Source: Parcubacteria group bacterium GW2011_GWA2_40_14
GTDB taxonomy: Bacteria > Patescibacteriota > Minisyncoccia > Phycocordibacterales > DATDWN01
Reading direction: 5' to 3'
Length of the DNA stretch: 51,276 nt
Assembly: GCA_000996025.1 (NCBI GenBank)
Contig: LBYF01000004.1
Location: 1 to 51,276, forward strand
The position numbers and the translations under genes are program-made. Shown in pieces: positions 10,125-20,169 of the stretch. The notes under the pieces are model-generated. The model was not told where the DNA came from, ran no database searches, and saw only the letters and a list, made by a program, of their open reading frames with translations. Every line of letters begins with the position of its first letter. Position 1 is the first letter of the stretch.

Positions 10125-11127
10125 AATGCTAAACCAATCACAAAAATTAAATCCGAAATTGTGGGACAAGAAAGTGGATGCAGTAGCCATCCGCAAGGGC
10201 TTTGGAGAGGGGCTTGTTTTGATAGGAGAAAAAAATCGCCATGTGGTTGGACTGTGCGCAGATTTGACTGAATCCACTCAAATGCACTTGTTTCGGAATA
10301 AATTTCCCGAGCGTTTTATAGAAATGGGTGTGGCCGAACAAAACTTGGCCAGTGTGGCTTCTGGTTTATCCGCTATGGGTAAAATCCCTTTCATTTCAAG
10401 CTACGCCATGTTTTCTCCCGGGCGAAACTGGGAGCAGATTCGTACAACTATTTGTTACAACAATCGTGCGGTAATAATTGCCGGTTCACACGCTGGCATC
10501 TCTGTCGGTCCAGATGGGGGAACTCATCAAGCGATTGAAGACATTGCAATAACTAGAGTGATTCCTCGGATGGTGGTTATCTCTCCATGCGACCATATAG
10601 AAGCACGCAAGGCAACCTTAGCTTCGGCAGAGCTTGGTGTGCCAGTCTATATTCGTCTTGCCCGCGAAAAAACTCCAGTCATTACCACAGAAGACACTCC
10701 TTTTGAAGTGGGGAAGGCGCAACTTTATTATGGTGATGAGGAAACTAAAGCTGATGTTGGGATTATTGCCACAGGGGCGCTTGTTTACAAAGCTTTGAAA
10801 GTTGCCGAAACTCTGAAAAAAGAAAACGTTTCGGTAAAAGTTTTAAATATTTCTACGATAAAACCGCTTGATACTGAAGCTGTTATTGCTCTTGCAAAAA
10901 CTTGCGGAGCAATTGTTACGGTAGAAGAACACCAGATTGCCGGAGGTCTCGGCTCTGCAGTTGCAGAAACTATCACACAGGGTTACCCTGTGCCGATTGA
11001 ATTCATCGGCGTCCGAGACCAATTTGGCCAGTCTGGAACTCCGGACGAACTACTTGAACACTATGGTATGGGGCAGTCGCACATTTTGGCTGCCTGTAAA
11101 AAAGTAATTGATCGTAAAAATCAATAG
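10117..11127 (+). CDS. Transketolase, C-terminal subunit
   Basis: GVAEQN, GPDGGTHQ, TIKPLD, VEEHQ..GGLGSAVAE. Confidence 0.93.
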   Translation: MNKMLNQSQKLNPKLWDKKVDAVAIRKGFGEGLVLIGEKNRHVVGLCADLTESTQMHLFRNKFPERFIEMGVAEQNLASVASGLSAMGKIPFISSYAMFSPGRNWEQIRTTICYNNRAVIIAGSHAGISVGPDGGTHQAIEDIAITRVIPRMVVISPCDHIEARKATLASAELGVPVYIRLAREKTPVITTEDTPFEVGKAQLYYGDEETKADVGIIATGALVYKALKVAETLKKENVSVKVLNISTIKPLDTEAVIALAKTCGAIVTVEEHQIAGGLGSAVAETITQGYPVPIEFIGVRDQFGQSGTPDELLEHYGMGQSHILAACKKVIDRKNQ

Positions 11128-11138
11128 AATAACATTTT

Positions 11139-11188
11139 TTAAAATCATACCAGATCTTTGCGATCGCAAGAATCTGGTATGATTTTAA
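11139..11188. repeat. 50 bp palindrome centred on GCGATCGC (F1-like)
   Basis: ttaaaatcataccagatctttgcga|tcgcaagaatctggtatgattttaa; two adjacent mismatches. Confidence 0.85.
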
Positions 11189-11231
11189 TTTTCAATATAT
11201 TTTTAAAAAATAAAATGATAAAATAAATACA

Positions 11232-11432
11232 ATGGAGCAAGAAACATTTTGGACACTGTTCTATAGTTTGCCTCATTGGGAATTTGAAATATTTCTGATG
11301 ATAATATTTGATGTGCTCATAGGTGTTCTTATCTGGCCGAAGATTAAAAAATTTACAAAGCATCACAAAAGCGATGACGAACGAATGGCAGATTTGGAAA
11401 GGGAGGTGGACAAACTCAAATCAAAACTATAA
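11232..11432 (+). CDS. Small membrane protein with C-terminal coiled coil
   Basis: 66 aa ORF, one hydrophobic segment, then ERMADLEREVDKLK. Confidence 0.6.
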   Translation: MEQETFWTLFYSLPHWEFEIFLMIIFDVLIGVLIWPKIKKFTKHHKSDDERMADLEREVDKLKSKL

Positions 11433-11480
11433 TTTGTAAAATTATTGTTTTATGCTAGTCTGTTGACAGGGAGGTTCTAT

Positions 11481-11930
11481 ATGAAAACTGAAACAGTGAA
11501 TACGATTGTACCCGGCATTTACCGACATTTCAAAGGCAATTTGTACTTTGTTTTGGGATTAGCCTGGTCTCGTGATGATTGGGCTAATCCTGAAAAAGCT
11601 GAGGTGATATATCACCCGCTCTATCCAGTAGAGAACCTTGGATGGAGGAGGGACATCACTTTGGAAAAGTTTTTTGGGCCAGCGGGAGCTCCAGAACCAA
11701 GTTCCTCGACACCTCGATTTCTCAAAGTCATTGATTGGGAGTTGCCCAACATTCTTCCCGGAAAAACTTTTGTTGAAAAGGGTCGGTCTGATCTTGGAGT
11801 TTTTACCATCAAACAAGTCATTCAGGTTTCAACTAGAGAAGTTCTAGTTGAAGCGACTGGAGTGAATGTTGGTCCGGTCAAAATTGGTGTCGAAGCCTTT
11901 AGGGCTTCGAAATACCAAATAATCAACTGA
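11481..11930 (+). CDS. DUF1653-like domain protein
   Basis: GIYRHFKGNLYFVLGLA..V.Y..LY motif; GGAGG before ATG 11481. Confidence 0.7.
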   Translation: MKTETVNTIVPGIYRHFKGNLYFVLGLAWSRDDWANPEKAEVIYHPLYPVENLGWRRDITLEKFFGPAGAPEPSSSTPRFLKVIDWELPNILPGKTFVEKGRSDLGVFTIKQVIQVSTREVLVEATGVNVGPVKIGVEAFRASKYQIIN

Positions 11931-11932
11931 AA

Positions 11933-11956
11933 AAAGCGCGGAGAAATCCGCGCTTT
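11933..11956. terminator. Terminator between convergent genes
   Basis: aaagcgcgga-gaaa-tccgcgcttt. Confidence 0.75.
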
Positions 11957-11962
11957 CTATTT

Positions 11963-12958
11963 TCATAACTTTTGGGGTTTGTAGTTGTCTGGGGCTTTTG
12001 CCAAATACTCTTCTATTTTTTCTATTGACAGGAGACCTTTTTGAGCGCCGACATATTGGGTAACGGACATGGAGTTAATCCCAGCCCACCGCAGGCCTTC
12101 TTCGAGAGTTTTGCCGAGAGCAAGAGCGGAGACTATTGTGGAAGCATAGGCATCTCCTGCGCCGGTGCGCTCTATAGGTGTATGCGGATAAATTGGCATA
12201 AACCAAGAATTGCTGTTGTCGTCTCTGATGTCATAGGCATAAGCTCCATTATATCCGTCAGTAATAATTACTATTTTGGGTCCAAGTATGGCAATATCAC
12301 GAAGAAGCACAGCAAGGTCGCGACTTTTTTTCCCAAGTATTAACTGCGCTTCTTCAACATTACAGATGAATATTTCCGTTCTTTTGTAAATTTTTTCTAA
12401 CTTTTGTACTCCCGATTTTATTTGGAATGTGCCGGGTTGAAATGCCAGTTTTACTTCTGGATTTTTCTCCAAATATTCGGCAATTTGCACATGGAAATCT
12501 AAAGAATTTTCACCAAGAGATGACAAGTATATCCATTTTGGAGCAGTTATGGTTCCAAGGTTGTATGTAAAAGTTTCATGTTTTACCAGTATAGTGCGGT
12601 CAACGTCGTACCACAAAACATAATGATAATTTGTTTGCTTGCCGGCTTCTGTCCTGACATACTCTATGTCAACATTATTTTTTTGCAATTCTTCCAGGCA
12701 CTCTTTACCATTTTGGTCATCTCCAATGTATGTAAGCAGTGACGAGGAGAGACCCAATCGTGATGCAGAGACAGAAGCATTGGCGCTGTTGCCGACCGCT
12801 CTCACTACTTCTACCGATTCATAGGGAATTTTACTGCCAAAATCCATGCAGAGTTTATAGTTTTCTTTGCCTATATCGCAATGCACTTCTGCTTTGCCGA
12901 GCTTGATAAAAGCATCTGTCGTAATATCGCCAATGGCGAGAATGTCTGTAGGTTTCAT
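11963..12958 (-). CDS. PfkB/ribokinase-family carbohydrate kinase
   Basis: GNSAN..SRLG, ERTGAGDAY signature; divergent from fba. Confidence 0.9.
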   Translation of the reverse strand: MKPTDILAIGDITTDAFIKLGKAEVHCDIGKENYKLCMDFGSKIPYESVEVVRAVGNSANASVSASRLGLSSSLLTYIGDDQNGKECLEELQKNNVDIEYVRTEAGKQTNYHYVLWYDVDRTILVKHETFTYNLGTITAPKWIYLSSLGENSLDFHVQIAEYLEKNPEVKLAFQPGTFQIKSGVQKLEKIYKRTEIFICNVEEAQLILGKKSRDLAVLLRDIAILGPKIVIITDGYNGAYAYDIRDDNSNSWFMPIYPHTPIERTGAGDAYASTIVSALALGKTLEEGLRWAGINSMSVTQYVGAQKGLLSIEKIEEYLAKAPDNYKPQKL

Positions 12959-12988
12959 AACAATATTATATCATGTTATACTTTTTAG
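12959..12988. promoter_or_regulatory. Back-to-back extended -10 promoters (leaderless) for pfkB and fba
   Basis: TGtTATACT 6 nt before the fba ATG on +; TGaTATAAT 6 nt before the pfkB ATG on -. Confidence 0.65.
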
Positions 12989-13855
12989 ATGAAAACACTA
13001 CGGGAATGCGTACAGGAAGCTGGGGAGAAGAAAGTTGCTATTGGACATTTTAATATTTCCAATACGGAAGGACTGTGGGGTGTCTTTCGTGCGGCCCAGG
13101 GTCTCGGTGTACCGGTTATTATTGGCGTGTCGGAAGGTGAGAGGGATTTTATAGGTGTTCGTCAGGCGGTGGCTTTGGTCAAAAGTCTGCGTGACGAGTA
13201 CGATTATCCGATTTTTATAAATGCAGACCACACTTATTCATTTGAAAAAGTAAAAGAAACTGTAGATGCTGGTTTTGATTCTGTTATTTTTGATGGAGCA
13301 AAACTTTCATTTGAAGAAAATGTAAAAATTACTAAGCAGTGTGTGGAATACGCAAGAAGTGTTAATCCGGAAATTATAGTGGAAGGTGAACTAGGGTTTA
13401 TTGGCACTTCCTCAAAAGTTTTTGATAAAATTCCTGAAGGAGTTAGTCTAGATGAGAAATCTTTGACCGACCCTGTCAAAGCAAAAGAGTTTGTCACAGA
13501 AACAGGAGTGGATATGCTTGCGCCTGCTGTCGGCAACTTTCACGGTATGCTTCGCGGGGGAGTTGACCCACGGCTAAACATTGACAGAATCAAAGAAATT
13601 TCCGGAGCTGTCGGTATTCCACTTGTATTACATGGTGGCTCGGGCAATAGTGAAGAGGATTTTAAAGAAGCTATCGCAAATGGTGTCGCAATCGTTCATA
13701 TCAATACCGAAATTCGTGTCGCCTACAAACAAGGTCTTCAAATTGGCCTGTCCGAAAACCCGGACGAAGTTGCACCATATAAATTCCTCCGTCCAGCAGT
13801 CCAAGCAATTTCTGATGTGGTAGAAAAGAAATTAAAATTATTTAATAACTTATAA
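12989..13855 (+). CDS. fba: Class II fructose-bisphosphate aldolase
   Basis: NADH, VEGELG, AVGNFHG, PLVLHGGSG, INTE. Confidence 0.93.
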   Translation: MKTLRECVQEAGEKKVAIGHFNISNTEGLWGVFRAAQGLGVPVIIGVSEGERDFIGVRQAVALVKSLRDEYDYPIFINADHTYSFEKVKETVDAGFDSVIFDGAKLSFEENVKITKQCVEYARSVNPEIIVEGELGFIGTSSKVFDKIPEGVSLDEKSLTDPVKAKEFVTETGVDMLAPAVGNFHGMLRGGVDPRLNIDRIKEISGAVGIPLVLHGGSGNSEEDFKEAIANGVAIVHINTEIRVAYKQGLQIGLSENPDEVAPYKFLRPAVQAISDVVEKKLKLFNNL

Positions 13856-13861
13856 ATCAGA

Positions 13862-14830
13862 ATGAAAGTATACATAACACAGCAGATTCCGGAAATTACG
13901 GAAAAGATGTTACGGGAATTAGGACATGAGGTAGATGTGAATCAACAGAATAAAATTCTTTCTAAACAGGAATTAATCACAGTGCTTAAAGCGAAACCAT
14001 ATGACGGAGTTGTTTGTTTGCTGACAAATACTATTGACGGAGAAGTTTTTGATGCAGTACCGACAGCCAAAATATTTGCAAACTACGCGGTGGGGTACAA
14101 CAATATTGACGTGGTGGAAGCAAACAAGCGGGGGATTATTGTGACCAACACTCCGGGAGCTTTGACGGATGCGGTGGCCGAACACACTGTTGCGCTGATT
14201 ATGTCAGTCGCACGGCGGGTTGTTGAATCAGACAAATATTTGCGTGAAGGGAAATTCAAAGGGTGGGAGCCACTTGGTTTTCTCGGGTTGGATATGAAAG
14301 GCAAAACAGTCGGTATTCTTGGCGCTGGACGTATTGGTTTTAGAGTTGGGCAGATTTTGCACAAAGGTTTTGATATGAATGTTATTTACTACGATGTTAA
14401 AAGAAATGAGATGTTTGAAAAAGATTTAGATGCAAAATATTTTGAAAGTCTGGAAGAACTTCTGAAAGTTTCTGACATTGTTTCGGTCCATGTTCCACTT
14501 TTGGATTCAACAAAACATTTAATAAACAAAGAAAGACTGCAAATGATGAAAAAGACTGCATATCTAGTGAACACATCGCGTGGTCCAGTGGTGGATGAAA
14601 CAGCACTGGTGGAAGCTTTGAAAAATGGTGTTATTGCCGGAGCTGGTCTTGATGTTTTTGAAAATGAACCTGCTCTCGCACCCGATCTTGCCGACCTATC
14701 AAACATTGTCATCACTCCGCATATCGCTTCCGCTACAGTCCATGCCCGCAACGAAATGGCAACTCTGGTTGCCCAAAATATAATCGATTTTCTAGAAGGT
14801 AAAGTCCCAGCTAACAAGGTTATAGCATAA
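13862..14830 (+). CDS. D-isomer-specific 2-hydroxyacid dehydrogenase (glyoxylate reductase/D-glycerate DH-like)
   Basis: AVGYNNID, GAGRIG, NTSRGPVVDE, LDVFENEP, TPHIAS. Confidence 0.92.
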   Translation: MKVYITQQIPEITEKMLRELGHEVDVNQQNKILSKQELITVLKAKPYDGVVCLLTNTIDGEVFDAVPTAKIFANYAVGYNNIDVVEANKRGIIVTNTPGALTDAVAEHTVALIMSVARRVVESDKYLREGKFKGWEPLGFLGLDMKGKTVGILGAGRIGFRVGQILHKGFDMNVIYYDVKRNEMFEKDLDAKYFESLEELLKVSDIVSVHVPLLDSTKHLINKERLQMMKKTAYLVNTSRGPVVDETALVEALKNGVIAGAGLDVFENEPALAPDLADLSNIVITPHIASATVHARNEMATLVAQNIIDFLEGKVPANKVIA

Positions 14831-14934
14831 TTTATTCTCATTCTAAAATATCCTCAAGAGTGGTGGTCAACTCTAGTCCGGTGTCGCAAGATTCCGGGCT
14901 TTTCTTTTGCAAAATAATCTAAAAAATGATTATC

Positions 14935-15037
14935 AATTACCACCAGTATACTGGTACTAATTATATTTTGGTACAGTATATTGTACCAAAATGAAAAAAG
15001 ACAATTTTGAATTAGCCACAGTATACTGGTGGTAATT
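14935..15037. repeat. Three tandem 28 bp palindromes with CAGTATA(C/T)TG core (family F2)
   Basis: 14935-14962, 14965-14992, 15010-15037; further copy at 19406-19433. Confidence 0.85.
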
Positions 15038-15053
15038 GTTAGTAAAATCACTA

Positions 15054-15233
15054 GCAAAATCTCGTCGAGATAAAATCTTTTCAGAGCATCCACAGGTCTT
15101 GAGCATGGTTTTTGTCAACGACCATGAGGTAATCCGAATGGCTCATTGACAAAATCAAGGCCGAGGACAGAGTAAACTTTTAGCTGGAAAAGTTTACGTC
15201 TCTGGAAAGGTTTTGATGAGAAAGAGATTTTGC
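15054..15233 (+). repeat. Structured MITE-like repeat, family F5 (ends GCAAAATCT...AGATTTTGC)
   Basis: Shares ends, CATCCACA and the GAGGACAGAG-stem-GCTGG-stem with 20809-20947, and its inner part with 34720-34828. Confidence 0.8.
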
Positions 15234-15279
15234 GAATATGGAAGTTGATTTTTTGTGACCTTTTCTATATACTGGCGCA

Positions 15280-15963
15280 ATGATTACTTTGGACGTACAA
15301 GTGCGGGACAAGTCGGCGAAACTTGCTGATTTGCGAAAGGTGGGCAAAATGCCGGCGGTTTTTTACGGCAAGAAAACGGCAAGCACTCCTATTTCTGTCT
15401 TGCAAAAAGATTTTCTGAAAGTGTGGAAAATAGCCGGCGAGTCCAGCGTGGTTACGCTGAAAGATGCCACAGCAGAAGTGGATGTTTTGATTCATGATGT
15501 TGATGTAGACCCTGTATCTGACATACCTCGCCATGCCGACTTTTACGTATTTGAAAAAGGAAAGAAACTTGAAATCTCCGTACCGCTCACATTTGTCGGC
15601 GTTGCTCCAGTTGTAAAAGACCTTGGTGGAAGTCTGGTTAAAGCTTTACACGAACTGAAAATTTCAGCAGACCCTCAGCATATTCCGCACAGTATTGAAG
15701 TAGATGTTTCGTCACTTGTTGATTTTGATAGTCAGATTTTGGCAGAGCAAATCAAACTTCCAGAAGGTGTGGATTTGGTTGAACTACCTGCTGAAGTCGT
15801 GGCTTCAGGGGCAAGGCCAAAAGAAGAAGAGGTAGAAGAAACCACTCCCGTAGACCTCTCTAGTATAGAAGTTGAAAAGAAGGGTAAGAAGGAAGAGGAG
15901 GGTGTTCCAGAGGCTCCTGAAAAAGCTGAAAAGGAAAAAGATTCAGAAAATAAAGCAAAATAA
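15280..15963 (+). CDS. rplY: 50S ribosomal protein L25 (Ctc type)
   Basis: LR..GKMPAVFYG, HADFY, VPL.FVG, IP.SIEVDVS.L, acidic tail. Confidence 0.95.
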   Translation: MITLDVQVRDKSAKLADLRKVGKMPAVFYGKKTASTPISVLQKDFLKVWKIAGESSVVTLKDATAEVDVLIHDVDVDPVSDIPRHADFYVFEKGKKLEISVPLTFVGVAPVVKDLGGSLVKALHELKISADPQHIPHSIEVDVSSLVDFDSQILAEQIKLPEGVDLVELPAEVVASGARPKEEEVEETTPVDLSSIEVEKKGKKEEEGVPEAPEKAEKEKDSENKAK

Positions 15964-15967
15964 CCCT

Positions 15968-15995
15968 AAAACCGAGGATTCCTCCTCGGTTTTTT
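15968..15995 (+). terminator. Intrinsic terminator
   Basis: aaaaccgagga-ttcc-tcctcggtttttt. Confidence 0.8.
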
Positions 15996-16016
15996 GTATG
16001 TGATATAATAGAGGTC

Positions 16017-17363
16017 ATGTACAAACGGTTTTTCTTATTGATTTTTCTTATTTTTTGCTTATTTTCCGGAGTATCGGGAAGTGTTTTTGCCTTGACAGAA
16101 GAAGAGCAGGAGGCCGAATGGCGTGCAGAGCTAGCCCAGACCGAGCTAGACATTGCCAAGTGGCAGGGCATATTGGATAGTACCAAGGCAAATACGGCTT
16201 CCTTGAAACAAGAAGCCGCGGTTCTAAATGCCAAAATTCAAAAAGCTAAAGCTTTTATAAAACAAAAAAATGTTGCCATTTCCAAGCTTGAAAAAGATAT
16301 TGTCCAAAAAAATGTCCACATTAAAACCTTGGAAGAGGATATCCGCGATGGCCATGAATCGCTCTCTCAAATCCTGCGCAAGACAAATGAGCTGGATGAA
16401 TTTAGTTTGCCTGAAGTTATTCTAGCAAACAAAGATATTTCTGATTTTTGGAGTGACTTGGACACATTTCAACAAGTCAATCGTTCTCTGGAGGACATGT
16501 TCAATCAAATTCGGGCAATGAAAGATTTGACCCTAAAGGAAAAAGTCGCCTTGGATGTCCAGAAAGATAAAGAGGCAGATATAAAAGCGGCTGCCCAAAT
16601 AGAGCAGAAAAAAGTTGAGGTAAATGAAAAAGAGAAAGAATATCTCATAAAAATAAACAAAACCCAGGAGAAAACATACACACAAGTTATCGCCGACAGA
16701 CAAGCCAAAGCTGCCGAAATCAGAGCAAAACTCTTCAAACTTGCTGGTGGTAGCGCGGCTATTCCGTTTGGCACCGCTCTTATATATGCTCAAAGCGCTT
16801 CCAGCCAAACAGGAGTCTCTCCGGCATTTGTCTTAGCTATCCTTACTCAAGAGAGCAATCTGGGTTCAAATGTCGGTAAATGTTATTTGACTGATGCTGT
16901 AACTGGAACTGGTGTCAATGTTAATAGTGGAAAAGTGTGGTCCAATTTGATGAAAGCGCCGAGAGATGTTGTACCTTTCCTGGATATCACTAACAAACTT
17001 GGGTTTAACGCCTTAAACACAGTTGTTTCTTGTCCAATAGCGCCTACTGGTGGCTATGGTGGAGCCATGGGACCTGCCCAATTTATTGCTTCAACATGGA
17101 AAATATTTGAAGACCGTCTTAGAGATGTATTGGGACATGATGCCAGTCCTTGGAACGCCCAAGATGCATTTATGGCTTCGGCTATGTATCTCGACGACCT
17201 CGGCGCGGGAAAAGGTACATATAGTGGGGAGATAAGAGCGGCATGCAGATATTATGGTAGTGGCGGTTCCACTTGCTCATATGGCAGGAGCGTCATGAAA
17301 CTTAAAGAGAGCATTCAAGCCGATATTGATTATCTGATTCAGTATGGAGTATCAAGAAGATAA
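16017..17363 (+). CDS. Secreted coiled-coil protein with C-terminal lytic transglycosylase (SLT_2/MltB-like) domain
   Basis: Signal peptide, long coiled coil, AILTQES, GAMGPAQFI.STW. Confidence 0.85.
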   Translation: MYKRFFLLIFLIFCLFSGVSGSVFALTEEEQEAEWRAELAQTELDIAKWQGILDSTKANTASLKQEAAVLNAKIQKAKAFIKQKNVAISKLEKDIVQKNVHIKTLEEDIRDGHESLSQILRKTNELDEFSLPEVILANKDISDFWSDLDTFQQVNRSLEDMFNQIRAMKDLTLKEKVALDVQKDKEADIKAAAQIEQKKVEVNEKEKEYLIKINKTQEKTYTQVIADRQAKAAEIRAKLFKLAGGSAAIPFGTALIYAQSASSQTGVSPAFVLAILTQESNLGSNVGKCYLTDAVTGTGVNVNSGKVWSNLMKAPRDVVPFLDITNKLGFNALNTVVSCPIAPTGGYGGAMGPAQFIASTWKIFEDRLRDVLGHDASPWNAQDAFMASAMYLDDLGAGKGTYSGEIRAACRYYGSGGSTCSYGRSVMKLKESIQADIDYLIQYGVSRR

Positions 17364-17401
17364 AATTTTAAAGCCGGAGTAGTTTGTGGTATACTTTATC
17401 C

Positions 17402-17458
17402 ATGGCAAAAGGCGAGACTCACAGAAAAGAAAAAAAGAAACCAAAGAAGAAGAAATAG
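17402..17458 (+). CDS. Putative 18 aa Lys-rich small protein MAKGETHRKEKKKPKKKK
   Basis: ATG 6 nt after TGgTATACT; below the ORF-track size cut-off. Confidence 0.5.
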   Translation: MAKGETHRKEKKKPKKKK

Positions 17459-17501
17459 GTTTGTTGCAAAGACAGTGGTATTTTGGTAGAGTATTTTGGC
17501 A

Positions 17502-17807
17502 ATGAAAACAGCAACAAAAATAGAACAAATTCTTCCGGAATACAGACCAGTACTTTTTATAGACGACTCTAACGGAGCCGAGTTTATTATCTCGTCAACA
17601 GTTGCTACTAAAGAAACTGCAAAAGCCAAGGATAAGAAAGAATATCCAGTTTTCCACCTAGAAATTTCAAGTAGCTCTCATCCATTCTATACAGGCAATG
17701 AAAAGATTTTGGATACTGCCGGACGCGTAGAGAAATTTAAAGCTCGACAAGCTGTAGCAAAAGAATCAAAATCTAAAGTTAAAAAAGTAAAAAAATCAGT
17801 AAAATAA
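17502..17807 (+). CDS. rpmE: 50S ribosomal protein L31 type B
   Basis: [28 protein letters not shown]; no Zn-binding Cys. Confidence 0.93.
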   Translation: MKTATKIEQILPEYRPVLFIDDSNGAEFIISSTVATKETAKAKDKKEYPVFHLEISSSSHPFYTGNEKILDTAGRVEKFKARQAVAKESKSKVKKVKKSVK

Positions 17808-17811
17808 CCCC

Positions 17812-17905
17812 ATCTGCGTTGTTGCGTTTCAATTTTGCGAGCTCATCTGCGCAGCGAGGCAGGCTCACTCACAAAATCTCACGCGCCCAACATCCGGAGC
17901 TATTT
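17812..17905 (+). repeat. Structured 3'-UTR hairpin, divergent F3 member
   Basis: TCATCTGC-gcagcgag-GCAGGCTC resembles TCACCTAC-caacgag-GTAGGCTC at 7654; ACGCG on the 3' arm. Confidence 0.55.
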
Positions 17906-17936
17906 TGCTGATTTTTTGTTACCATATTTAAACACT

Positions 17937-18893
17937 ATGGAAGACTTAGAAAAATATTTACAAAATCAAAAGACGTCATATCTGGCCGAAAGTTATAAAA
18001 AACTGGAGAAAGAGGAGAAGGCGACGGAAGAGATGATAGCGGGAGACAATTCTCTTGCCGATTTGGCGCAGACGGAACTTTCGGAAATTAAAATACAAAA
18101 GGATGCTTTGCTGAAACAGATGGAAGAGATTTTAGTGGAGGATGAAAAGGAATCTCTTGACGAATTCGGGACAAACGAAGTCATACTAGAAGTCCGAGCA
18201 GGCGCTGGTGGGGAAGAAGCGTCACTTTTTGCCGAAGAGTTGGCTCATATGTATACGAGGTATGCAGAAAACCAAGGTTGGAGTGTGGCGAAAATAAATG
18301 AGTCACTCTCTCCTATTGGTGGTTACAAAGAAGCCTCATTTGAAATCCGAGGCAGGGATGTCTACAAAAATTTGCGTTTTGAAACAGGGGTTCATCGTGT
18401 TCAACGAGTGCCAGCTACAGAAAAAATCGGTCGTGTGCATACATCCACTGCGACTATCGCTGTCCTACCTGTGCGCAAGAAAACAAATATTGTCATAAAT
18501 CCAGCAGATATAGAAATAGAAACAAGTCGTTCTGGTGGCGCAGGCGGACAAAATGTTAATAAGGTGGAAACTGCAGTACGCATAATACATAAACCTAGTG
18601 GTATAGACGTTCGCTCTACCTCACAGCGAAGTCAGCTCAAAAACAAAGAGATGGCAATGTCGATTCTTATCGCTAAACTGGAAGCAAAAAAAGAAGAGGA
18701 GGAATCTTCCAAATATTCGGCAGATAGAAAGTCCCAGATAGGCACCGCCGACCGTTCCGAGAAAATACGGACATACAATATTTTACAGGATCGAATAACC
18801 GACCACCGCATCAAACAATCCTGGCACAACATTGAAAAAATAATGGAAGGAGGTATCGAGCCAATCCTTGAAGCAATGGCCAATAATTTTTAA
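17937..18893 (+). CDS. prfA: Peptide chain release factor 1
   Basis: GGQ motif and PAT specificity tripeptide (RVPATE); ATG 17937. Confidence 0.93.
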   Translation: MEDLEKYLQNQKTSYLAESYKKLEKEEKATEEMIAGDNSLADLAQTELSEIKIQKDALLKQMEEILVEDEKESLDEFGTNEVILEVRAGAGGEEASLFAEELAHMYTRYAENQGWSVAKINESLSPIGGYKEASFEIRGRDVYKNLRFETGVHRVQRVPATEKIGRVHTSTATIAVLPVRKKTNIVINPADIEIETSRSGGAGGQNVNKVETAVRIIHKPSGIDVRSTSQRSQLKNKEMAMSILIAKLEAKKEEEESSKYSADRKSQIGTADRSEKIRTYNILQDRITDHRIKQSWHNIEKIMEGGIEPILEAMANNF

Positions 18894-18965
18894 ATTCTTT
18901 ACTTTTTAAGAGTTTGTGATATATTCATAGAAGGTCTTCGTTGTCTTAACCGAAAGGAAAAGGCG

Positions 18966-19346
18966 ATGAGAAAAATATTCAAAATCTTTGCCGGGAACAA
19001 AGTTTCCCCACAAGATATTTCAGATAAAAAAGTGGAAAGGATAAAGAAACCGCGAGCGCCGAAAGTGGCCCGCACGGGAGAGAAACTTTCTTCGAAGCAA
19101 TGGGAGTACTTGGAGAATCTTCCGTGTTGGAATTTCTTTGAATGGAAAAAATTGTATGTGATGAAGAAGCATTACCCCAGACCAGTTACCCCAGACCAGT
19201 TTCGAGAGGAGTTTGGGAGTGAAGGGTTGTGGGTACAGAGCAGTTTTATAAACATTAATCAAAAGCTCAAAGACCTGCGCCTTCCATACCGAATCTCGGC
19301 TGTGGACGGAAGTTTTCAAGTTTTCGTAGTAGCTCCTGTTTCGTAG
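18966..19346 (+). CDS. Hypothetical protein
   Basis: 126 aa ORF with purine-rich RBS and a downstream hairpin (19351-19384). Confidence 0.6.
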   Translation: MRKIFKIFAGNKVSPQDISDKKVERIKKPRAPKVARTGEKLSSKQWEYLENLPCWNFFEWKKLYVMKKHYPRPVTPDQFREEFGSEGLWVQSSFININQKLKDLRLPYRISAVDGSFQVFVVAPVS

Positions 19347-19405
19347 TACAAATCGGGCTGTGCGTCACACGCGCAACCCGATTTATTTTTTTACATGGAA
19401 AATAT

Positions 19406-19433
19406 AATTACCCACAGTATACTGGTGGTAATT
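19406..19433. repeat. Family F2 palindrome
   Basis: aattacccacagta|tactggtggtaatt; 27/28 identical to 15010-15037. Confidence 0.85.
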
Positions 19434-19514
19434 AAAAATTATAGTCAAACTGTAGTGGAGATGATTTTGAATAATTTTGTTTGAAAATAGGTGATATGAT
19501 ACACTATATTAGTA

Positions 19515-19736
19515 ATGATATATTACACGGGACATGTCAGGGGGAGAATGCTTTTACGAGGAATTACGGAGGAAATGATACAGAAAGCTTTGGTCAATCC
19601 TGATAAAGTAGGTGTGGGTTATGATGTCAGAGATTTAGTTTTTAAAAAGTTTCCAAGAGGGATAATTAAAATTGTTTTTATAAAAAAGAAAACATCTTAC
19701 ATCATAATTTCTGCCATCTGGCACACAAAAATATGA
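19515..19736 (+). CDS. DUF4258 (BrnT/RelE-like) putative toxin
   Basis: YT.H...RM..RGIT...I...L.NPD pattern; ATGA overlap with next gene. Confidence 0.75.
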   Translation: MIYYTGHVRGRMLLRGITEEMIQKALVNPDKVGVGYDVRDLVFKKFPRGIIKIVFIKKKTSYIIISAIWHTKI

Positions 19737-19948
19737 AAATAACATACGATAAAAAAATAGACGCAATGTATCTCCACTTTCAAGAGGGAACTTTCTCGCG
19801 CAACAAGGAAGTTGAAGATGGTATTATTTTAGATATTGGAAAGGGCAACAAAATCCTCGGTATTGAGATTTTGAACGCAAGTAAACGAATAAAACCAAAA
19901 GGTTTGGATTATTTGGATTTCCAAATTCCTATCAAAACACTAGCATAA
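19733..19948 (+). CDS. DUF2283 putative antitoxin
   Basis: MKITYD...DAMY..F...IILD....ILGIEILNAS. Confidence 0.85.
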   Translation: MKITYDKKIDAMYLHFQEGTFSRNKEVEDGIILDIGKGNKILGIEILNASKRIKPKGLDYLDFQIPIKTLA

Positions 19949-20169
19949 GCTCAAAAACCCTTTATTTTCAGGGCTACTTTGACATTTCTATTTACAAAAT
20001 AGTAAAAGTATTGACAAATAACACTGAGTTTGCTATACTTACAGCAGATAAAAGGTTCCTCGTTCTGCTAAAGCGTCCCAATTTTTTGGGATTCTCCATC
20101 AGAACCGGGAATAAATACTTGCATGGTGCGAGTAAACTCCTGAAGGTTCTTTGAGATGAGGAGGTGTCT

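Noticed and set aside
11160-11167. HIP1 (GCGATCGC) hyper-abundant repeat
   Set aside because: Only one occurrence noticed, whereas HIP1 is defined by very high frequency.
14935-15037. Mini CRISPR array
   Set aside because: Gaps of 2 and 17 bp are too short and irregular for spacers, and the middle unit has different arms.
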